Source: Eledone cirrhosa
Taxonomy: Eukaryota
Assembly: GCA_964016885.1 (NCBI GenBank)
Contig: OZ024740.1
Coordinates: 69,130,001-69,194,000 of the forward strand
Length of the DNA stretch: 64,000 nucleotides
Reading direction: 5' to 3'
Position 1 is the first letter of the stretch. Each line of letters opens with the position of its first letter. The position numbers were made by a program, and so were the translations under genes. Positions 55,886-64,000 of this stretch are shown here, piece after piece. The notes under the pieces were generated by a model. The model was given only the letters and a program-made list of their open reading frames with translations. It had not been told where the DNA came from and searched no databases.

Positions 55886-58800
55886 TCCTTGAATCTCAGT
55901 CATTGATGTTGGTTAACTGGAAAGTCCGTTGGAATGAATATCAAGCCACTACCTGCAGCCTCAGATATTCAGGACGTATCGGAGGGTTCTTGCTGTTCCA
56001 AGCAAGCATGCCTTTTGAAGCGTTCCAAAAAGCGTGAAGGGGCCGATTTTCTTTAACCATCCCTGGAAACTTTTGGAGATAGTCCCCAGTGCGCCTATGA
56101 CAATCGGGATCACTTTGACATCATGGCAGTTCCAAATCCTTTTCACCTCCCACTTTAGGTCCTGGTATCGGTTAATTTTCTCCCTCTCCTTCTCTTGCAC
56201 TCTCGTGTCGAACGGGCAGGCCACATCCACAATCAGACACGATCTTTTTTCTTTGTCCACAACCACCAGGTCAGGTCTATTGTGTTCCAGTTTTTTGTCC
56301 GTCTGTATCCTAAAATCCCACAGCACCTTCACCTGATTGTTCTCCATCACCGCCTCCGGCCTATGCTCATACCATTTCTCAGAATGTGGTAAATTGTTTA
56401 CTTTGCACAGGTGCCAGTGGATCACCCTGCCCATCAGATCGTGTCTGCAGCCCTTATAGTGGGTCTGGGCTAGGTGTTTACACTCGGACACAATGTGAGC
56501 CACAGTCTCCTCTCTCTCTCCACAGATCCTGCACAGTGGGCTAGCCTCCTCCTTGTAAATATGGTGCTTCAACCACTTCGTTTTGAGGGCCTGCTCCTGC
56601 GCAGCCATTATCATTCCTTCTGTAGCCTTTTTGAGGTCTCCTCTTCTCAACCAGTTCCATGTCTGTGGATCTCTAAATTCAGTTTTCTCAAAGAAGGTAC
56701 TATGAAGGGATTTTCCCTTAAGGCTGCTCTTCCTCCTTGATGTTATTTCCTCCTTGGACATCCCCTGGCCTACTGTCCCCTCCTTCAGTACAGTTTTGAG
56801 CATTGGCTCCTTACTATAGGTCACGTATTTGTATAGGTTGTTTTTCTCCATCTGAACACAGTCCTCTATGCTGATAAGACCTCTTACACCCTCAGATCTC
56901 CTTAGGTAGAGTCTATCGACATCACTCCTCTTGTGGAACATGTTGTAGATAGTCAATAGCTTCCTAGTCTTCCTATCCATTTCTTTTTGTTCAGCAACAT
57001 TCCATCTCAGAATTCCCGCACTGTACCTAATAATGGACACAGCTCGGGAATTTACTGCGCTTATGGCATTTCTGCTTTTCAGATGTGACTTCAATACGCT
57101 CCTTACTCTCCGAATGTATTCAGTTCTTAACAATTCCTTCATTTTTTTGTTCTTTATGCCATCAGCCTCCAGAACGCCCAAATACTTGTATCCTTCCTCA
57201 GAGTCAATTTCCTTTATCATCTCACCTGTTGGTATCTGGATCCCGCTACTTCTGCTCAACCTCCCCCTCCTCATCACAATGACTCCACATTTACTAATAC
57301 CAAACTGCATACATATATCGCTGCTGAAAATACGGACAGTGTCAACAAGCACATCCAACTCCTTCTCACTTTTCCCGAAGAGCTTAAGATCGTCCATGAA
57401 GAGGAGGTGATTGATGGTAAGCTCTCCCCTTCCCAACTTGTATCTTGCTCTCACTTTTCTCAGCATAATGGTCAAGGGCATTAGGGCAAGGACAAACAAC
57501 AGAGGGGACAGGCTATCTCCCTGGAAGATACCTCTCTTGATCTTCATGCTTCCCAAGGATTCTCCAGTTGATGTCAACTCTGTCTCCCAGGACCCCATAC
57601 TCCTGCCCAGCAACTGTCTGATGTTATCTGCCACCCTGAAGATCTCCAGGCTTTTGGTGATCCAAGAATGAGGCACCATGTCAAATGCCTTTCTGTAGTC
57701 TATCCATCCCATGGCAAGATCAGTGTGTCTCCTCCTGCAATTCCCCATTACCATCTTATCAATAAGTAACTGGTCCTTTGTACCACGTGACTTATTTCGG
57801 CATCCTTTCTGTTCGTTCGGCAACAAGTTGTTTGTGTGGAGGTGATGGTAGATTTCCTCAGACACAATGCTCGTCAACAGTTTCCACATTACGGACAGAC
57901 ATGTGATAGGTCTATATTTGGTAACATCATTACCCTTGATTCGGTCTTTCATTATCAGAACTGTGGTACCTTTTGTCAACCACTCTGGCACCTCACCCGA
58001 CACCAAGCAGTCATTGAACATGGCCGTCAGCTTCGGGTGGAGGGATGTTAAATGTTTAATCCAATACCCCTGCACACCATCTGGGCCTGGTGATTTCCAG
58101 TTGGTTAGTTTTTTGGCCTGCCCCTTAAGAGTTTCAACTGTGATACTCAAATCAGTTTGTTGTTGTGCCTGCTCACCGATCTCCCTCTGTACTGTCTCAA
58201 TCCACCCTGCCTGGGCATTATGTCTAACATCCTGCTCCCATATTCCTCTCCAGAATGTTTTAGTTTGTTCCACCCCAGGGATCAAGTCGTTGCCTCTTTC
58301 TTTCCCCTCAAGCTGTCCAAACAGCATCTTCTGGTTGTTGTCGAACATGCGGTTCTGTTTATACTGACTGACTCTGTTCTCGTATCGCCTGATTTTTGCA
58401 CTCTTTGCTACAATGCGTTGCTTCAATTCCTCTATGATAATATTTAGCTTTTTACTCCTAGTTTTGTATTTTATTTCCAGTCTATTTTTAGTGCCTATGT
58501 TTTTTAGTGTCCCATTCAGTAGTGACTCAAGCTTTCCTATGTCATTTCTCATTTCCCCGATTTGCCCACTCAGTCGCTTCTTCCACCACGGCTCTGCTCT
58601 TTCTTGTCTGTTGTTTCCTCTCGCTTTTATACCAAGTAGTTTCCACACCGTATTTGCTGTTGCTTTGAGGATATTGTTGCACTGGTGAAGGCTCCTCGCC
58701 TCAAGGTATGGGATGACTTTGTTTGCCTTAGCTCTTCTTTCTTTTAACTTTTTCCTGTCTACAAATCTTAGGTTCATAGGTCTCCCACTATCATTGTTCA

Positions 58801-60433
58801 ATTCATCTACCACTAAATTTAGGATGTCAACCGAATCTTGTCCTAGCCCGTCAGCATTCATCTCCTCAGTGGCCGTATCTCTGTTCCAGGTATTATTTAT
58901 CTCAGTATTCAGATCATTGTCTGCTTCGGGTGGTTCCTCCGTTCTCAGGACCTCTTCACCTTCATTTCCCACTGGCTCGCTTGGCTGGCATACTACACCC
59001 GCCATCTCCAAGCCATTCTCTCTGCTCAGTTCCTCCAGTTCCAGCTCGCTTATCCACCCATTAGTTCTTATTACCCGAGCCTGCCCGGCCAATTTTTGTT
59101 CATCTAATTTAAATAAACCAATCTCGTTCCAGATGTTATGCATCCGTCTCCTGTAGCCCCTCTCCTTGGGGTTACTTTTCAGGTAGCATTGCATAACAGT
59201 TCTATTCAATTCTTTCGTCCAGTTGGTTCTGGCCCCTTTCCTTCTTCTTCTTCCTCCAACATCAGCAGTATTTGGTTGACAGTCAGGTTCCTGCTGCTGA
59301 GCCAGGGAGCACCTGTTGGGTTAGAGTCTGTCACATGACGTTCTAGTCTCCATTTCACCGTTATTCGAACTGTTTATGTTCGATATTTAAACACTCTTAT
59401 CGAGGATTGGCGAATGTATGGTTACATAGCCATCTGTGGATCCGCCATCCCACTTGGCCCTTGTGTGGCATTATCACCACGCTGTATACGAACACACATA
59501 AACAAACAAACACACAGGCAGAAAGGGCTCCAAAAATGAATAAGCATAAGTTTCATTGTAAGGTAGAGTTCGAATGTCTGACTTAGTTTTTGTTTTTTAA
59601 GTTTTAGTTTTTCCCCCCTCTTCTCTGTCCGTCCGCCTGCTTCTCTCTTCATTCTTATTTTCTTTACGTTTTTGGGGTTTCGTTTTTTTGTTTTTGTTTT
59701 TCTCGTTTTTGCTGTTGTTGCTGTGGTGCTTTGGTTTTGTTGTTTGTTTTTTCTTTTTTCTTTTGAGTCTATCTATATATTTTGATGCCTTCCTCTTTGT
59801 TAGTAGGAGGAATTCTATAATGTGGAAGTAGCAGCCAGCAGGGAGAAGTGGGAGACTGGCGGCGGTAGCGATACTGAGACAGTGTTGGTGGTGGTGATGT
59901 CGATACCGAGGCAGTGGTGGCGGTGATGTGACCGTATTACTGTAGTGATGGTGCTGTAGCGGTGGCAGCAGTGAAGGAGTGAAGGGGTGGTGGCGGCGGT
60001 GATGGGATAGTGGTGGTAATGATGGCCGTAGTGAGCGGTGGTGGTGAAGGTGAAAATGCCGTTATCTGGCTGTTGTGTTTAGTGTACACAGATGATGGGG
60101 TGGGTGGTGTATCTAGTTTCTGGTGTTGGTGAGTTTGGCTGTCCTATATAGTGTAGACAGAGGAGAGGAGGGGGGGGGGGGGGGGGGGGTTATTCTTCCA
60201 TTTATAGCCATTTTCTTTTTTGGATATACAGTGTACAATACAAAGTTGAATATTTGAATATTTGAGCCTTATAACAATATATTTTGGGTCCGAATTTGTT
60301 GGGGCTCAAGCCGGGTGCTTTACGTAGCATTTGTACTAAGAGTTGTTATTTCACAAATGATTTAAATATGTTAAAAATTCAAAACTTACGGGAGCGATTT
60401 CATGACCTCCGTCACCTCGTGCGTCTTCTTCCC
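55885..60433 (-). mobile_element. Full-length R4/Dong-clade non-LTR retrotransposon
   Basis: Single ORF with RT, CCHC and RLE, a 75-bp 3' UTR, and (TAA)n on both flanks. Confidence 0.88.
55961..59209 (-). CDS. R4/Dong-like polyprotein: Myb-like N-terminus, RT, CCHC, PD-(D/E)xK endonuclease
   Basis: WKSPGPDGV, YRPITCL, WIDYRKAFDMVPH, GIFQGDSLSP, LFMDD, YKYLG, CRICGEREETVAHIVSEC and HNRPDLVV...DVACP...EKINRY. Confidence 0.95.
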   Translation of the reverse strand: MNRTVMQCYLKSNPKERGYRRRMHNIWNEIGLFKLDEQKLAGQARVIRTNGWISELELEELSRENGLEMAGVVCQPSEPVGNEGEEVLRTEEPPEADNDLNTEINNTWNRDTATEEMNADGLGQDSVDILNLVVDELNNDSGRPMNLRFVDRKKLKERRAKANKVIPYLEARSLHQCNNILKATANTVWKLLGIKARGNNRQERAEPWWKKRLSGQIGEMRNDIGKLESLLNGTLKNIGTKNRLEIKYKTRSKKLNIIIEELKQRIVAKSAKIRRYENRVSQYKQNRMFDNNQKMLFGQLEGKERGNDLIPGVEQTKTFWRGIWEQDVRHNAQAGWIETVQREIGEQAQQQTDLSITVETLKGQAKKLTNWKSPGPDGVQGYWIKHLTSLHPKLTAMFNDCLVSGEVPEWLTKGTTVLIMKDRIKGNDVTKYRPITCLSVMWKLLTSIVSEEIYHHLHTNNLLPNEQKGCRNKSRGTKDQLLIDKMVMGNCRRRHTDLAMGWIDYRKAFDMVPHSWITKSLEIFRVADNIRQLLGRSMGSWETELTSTGESLGSMKIKRGIFQGDSLSPLLFVLALMPLTIMLRKVRARYKLGRGELTINHLLFMDDLKLFGKSEKELDVLVDTVRIFSSDICMQFGISKCGVIVMRRGRLSRSSGIQIPTGEMIKEIDSEEGYKYLGVLEADGIKNKKMKELLRTEYIRRVRSVLKSHLKSRNAISAVNSRAVSIIRYSAGILRWNVAEQKEMDRKTRKLLTIYNMFHKRSDVDRLYLRRSEGVRGLISIEDCVQMEKNNLYKYVTYSKEPMLKTVLKEGTVGQGMSKEEITSRRKSSLKGKSLHSTFFEKTEFRDPQTWNWLRRGDLKKATEGMIMAAQEQALKTKWLKHHIYKEEASPLCRICGEREETVAHIVSECKHLAQTHYKGCRHDLMGRVIHWHLCKVNNLPHSEKWYEHRPEAVMENNQVKVLWDFRIQTDKKLEHNRPDLVVVDKEKRSCLIVDVACPFDTRVQEKEREKINRYQDLKWEVKRIWNCHDVKVIPIVIGALGTISKSFQGWLKKIGPFTLFGTLQKACLLGTARTLRYVLNI

Positions 60434-60463
60434 TAATTATTATTATTATTATTGTTATTGTTA

Positions 60464-60861
60464 TTCCTTGAATCTCAGTCATTGATGTTGGTTAACTGCA
60501 AAGTCCGTTGGATTGAATATCAAGCCACTACCTGCATCCTCAGATATTCAGGACGTATCGGAGGGTTCTTGCTGTTCCAAGCAAGCATGCCTTTTGAAGC
60601 GTTCCAAAAAGCGTGAAGGGGCCGATTTTCTTTAACCATCCCTGGAAACCTTTGGAGATAGTCCCCAGTGCGCCTATGACAATCGGGATCACTTTGACTT
60701 CATGGCAGTTCCAAATCCTTTTCACCTCCCACTTTAGGTCCTGGTATCGGTTAATTTTCTCCCTCTCCTTCTCTTGCACTCTCGTGTCGAACGGGCAGGC
60801 CACATCCACAATCAGGCACGATCTTTTTTCTTTGTCCACAACCACCAGGTCAGGTCTATTG

Positions 60862-60865
<4 letters not shown>
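60464..60865 (-). mobile_element. 5'-truncated Dong-like copy (about 400 bp)
   Basis: ORF 60540-60845; TTA flanks. Confidence 0.92.
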
Positions 60866-60902
<37 letters not shown>

Positions 60903-60905
<3 letters not shown>

Positions 60906-62680
60906 CTTGAATCTCAGTCATTGATGTTAGTTAACTGGAAAGTCCGTTGGAATGAATATCAAGCCACTACCTGCAGCCTCAGATATTCAGGACGTTTCGG
61001 ATGGTTTTTGCTGTTCCCAGCAAGCATGCCTTTTGAAGCGTTCCAAAAAGCGTGAAGGGGCCGATTTTCTTTAACCATCCCTGGAAACTTTTGGAGATAG
61101 TCCCCAGTGCGCCTATGACAATCGGGATCAGTTTGACTTCATGGCAGTTCCAAATCCTTTTTACCTCCCACTTTAAGTCCTGGTATCGGTTAATTTTCTC
61201 CCTCTCCTTCTCTTGCACTCTCGTGTCGAATGGGCAGGCCACATACACAATCAGGCACGATCTGTTTTCTTTGTCCAAAACCACCAGGTCAGGTCTATTG
61301 TGTTCCAGTTTATTGTCCGTCTGTATTCTAAAGTCCCACAGCACCTTCACCTGATCGTTTTCTATCACCGACTCTGGCTTATGCTCATACCACTTCTCAG
61401 AATATGGTAAATTGTTTACTTTGCATAGGTGCCAGTGGATCACCCTGCCCATCACATCATGTATCCAGCCTTTATAGTGAGTCTGGGCTAGGTGTTTACA
61501 CTCGGATACAATATGAACCACAGTCTCCTCTCTCTCTCTCCACAGATCCTGCACAGTGGGCTAGCCTCTTCCTTGTAAATATGATGTTTCAGCCACATCG
61601 TTTTGAGGGCCTGCTCTTGCGCAGCCATTAGCATTCCTACTGTAGCCTTTTTAACGTCTCCTCTTTTCAACAAGTTCCATGTCTGTGGATCTCTGAATTC
61701 AGTTTTCTCAAAGAAGGTACTATGAAGGGATTTTTTATGAAGGTGGCTCTTTCTCCTTGATGTTATTTCCTCCTTGGACATCCCCTGGTATATTGTTCTC
61801 TCCTTCAGTAGAATTCTGAGAATTGGCTCCCTACTATCAGTGACGTATTTGTGTAGGTTGTTTTTCTCCATCTGAAGACAGTCCTCTATGCTGATAAGAC
61901 CTCTCCCAACTTCAGATCTCCTTAAGTAGAGTCTATCGACATCACTCCTCTTGTGGAACATATTGTAGATAGTCAATAGCTTCCTAGTCTTCCTATCCAT
62001 TTCTTTTTGTTCAGCAACATTCCAACTCAGAATTCCCGCACTGTACCAAATAATAGACACAGCTCGGGAATTTACTGCACTTATGGCATTCCTACTTATC
62101 AGATGTGACTATAATACGCTCCTTACTCTCCGAATGTATTCAGATCTTATCAATTCCTTCATTTTTTTGTTCTTGATGTCATCAGCCTCCAGAACACCCA
62201 AATACTTGTATACTTCTTCAGTGTCAATTTCCTTTATCATCTCACCTGTTGGTACCTGGATTCCGTTGCTTCTGCTCAATTTATCCCTCTTCATCACAAG
62301 GACTCCACACTTACTAATACCAAATTGCATACATATATCATTGCTGAAAATACGGACAGTGTCAACAAGCACATCCAACTCCTTCTCACTCTTCCCGAGG
62401 AGCTTAATATCGTCCACGAAGAGGAGGTGATTGATGGTAAGCCCTCCCTTTCCCAACTTGTATCCTGCTCTCACTTTTCGCAGTATAGTGGTCAGGGGAA
62501 TCAGGGCAAGGACACACAACAGAGCGGACAAACTATCACCCTGGATTCTCCAGCTGATGTTAACTCTGTTTTCCAGTACTTCATACTTTTGCTCAACAAC
62601 TGTCTGATGTTATCTGCCACCTTGAAGATATCTAGGCTTTTGGTGATCCAAGAATGAGGCACCAAGTCAAATGCCTTTTT
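60903..62680 (-). mobile_element. 5'-truncated Dong-like copy (about 1.8 kb, frameshifts, small internal deletion near 62545)
   Basis: ORFs 60979-61554, 61488-62060 and 62109-62531. Confidence 0.92.
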
Positions 62681-62707
62681 AATATTATTATTATTATTAT
62701 TATTATT

Positions 62708-64000
62708 GTTCTTTGAGTTTCAGTCATTGATGTTAGTTAACTGGAAAGTTTGTTGAAATGAATATCAAGCCACTACCTGCAGCCTCAGATATTCAGGACG
62801 TATCGGAGGGTTCGTGCTGTTCCCAGCAAGCATGCCTTTTGAAGCGTTCCAAAAAGCGTGGCGGAGCCAATTTTCTTTAACCATCCCTGGAAACTTTTTG
62901 AGGTAGTACCTAGTGCGCCTATGACAATCGGGACCACTTTTACTTCACGGCAGTTCCAAATCCTTTTTACCTCCCACTTTAAGTCCTGGTATCGGTTAAT
63001 TTTCTCCCTCTCCTTCTCTTGCACTCTCGTGTCGAATGGGCAGGCCACATACACAATCAGGTACTATCTTTTTTTCTTTTTCACAAAACACGAGGTCAGG
63101 TCTATTGTGTTCCAGTTTCTTGTCCGTCTGTATCCTAAAATCCCACAGCACCTTCACCTGATCGTTCTCCATCACCGCCTCTGGCCTATGCTCATACCAT
63201 TACTCAGAATGTGGTAAATTGTTTACTTTGCACAGGCGCCAGTGGATCACCATGCCCATCACATCATGTCTCCAGCCCTTATAGTGGGTCTGGGCTAGGT
63301 GTTTACACTCGGATACAATGTGAGCCACAGTCTCATCTCTCTCTCCACAGATCCTGCACATTGGGCTAGCCTCCTCCTTGTAAATATGGTGTTTCAACCA
63401 CTTCGTTTTGAGGGCCTGCTCCTGCGCAGCCATTAGCATTCCCACTGTAGCCTTTTTAAGGTCTCCTCTTCTCAACCAGTTCCATGTCTGTGGATCTCTA
63501 AATTCAGTTTTCTTAAAGAAGGTACTATGAAGGGATTTTTCCTGAAGGCTGCTCTTTCTCCTTGATGTTATTTCCTCCTTGGACATCCCCTGGCCTATTG
63601 TCCCCTCCTTCAGTACAGTTCTGAGCATTGGCTCCTTACTATCAGTCACGTATTTGTGTAGGTTGTTTTTCTCCATCTGAACACAGTCCTCTATGCTGAT
63701 AAGACCTCTTCCACCCTCAGATCTCCTTAGGTAGAGTCTATCGACATCACTCCTCTTGTGGAACATGTTGTAGATAGTCAATAGCTTCCTAGTCTTCCTT
63801 TCCATTTCTTTTTGTTCAGCAACATTCCATCTCAGAATTCCCGCACTGTACCTAATAATAGACACAGCTCGGGAATTTACTGCGCTTATGGCATTTCTGC
63901 TGTTCAGATGTGACTTCAATACGCTCCTTATTCTCCGAATGTATTCAGTTCTTAACAATTCCTTCATTTTTTTGTTCTTTATGCCATCAGCCTCCAGAAT
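62708..64000 (-). mobile_element. Dong-like copy continuing past the right edge of the window
   Basis: ORFs 62785-63054 and 63200-63967. Confidence 0.92.

Noticed and set aside
56034-59156. Plus-strand ORFs overlapping the LINEs
   Set aside because: Antisense shadows of RT coding sequence.
60385-60433. Hammerhead-like look of the Dong 5' end (GTGAC-ggag-GTCAT-GAAA..TC)
   Set aside because: The upstream core reads CGCACGA, not YUGANRA, and there is no convincing stem I or III.

Overview
Eukaryotic, AT-rich, microsatellite-saturated intergenic or intronic DNA with no recognisable host gene. The tRNA-head/Nin-like SINEs and the LINE set point to a cephalopod (Octopus-like) genome, which is an inference. 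Most short ORFs in the track are translated (TA)n/(CA)n/(ATGT)n/(TTA)n repeats. Real content: (1) an R4/Dong-clade RT+RLE retrotransposon stacked head-to-tail inside (TAA)n tracts at both window ends, including one near-intact 1082-aa copy whose 1.1-kb leader carries splice-like signals; (2) a second, decayed R4-like family; (3) RTE LINEs, one with three C-terminal C2H2 fingers and one with a PHD-like insert; (4) a Tx1/L1-like element; (5) Penelope-like (GIY-YIG) elements; (6) an internally deleted mariner; (7) many SINEs. The most striking signal, invisible in the ORF track, is a set of at least five unrelated minimal type-I hammerhead ribozyme motifs between 26 and 43 kb. They lie in non-coding tandem repeats (428-bp and 591-bp periods), a perfect 149-bp palindrome and Penelope termini. 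Two families have the compensatory U3-A8 core (TTGANAA). These are candidate retrozyme-like, circRNA-producing elements. All motifs were read by eye and need computational and biochemical confirmation.
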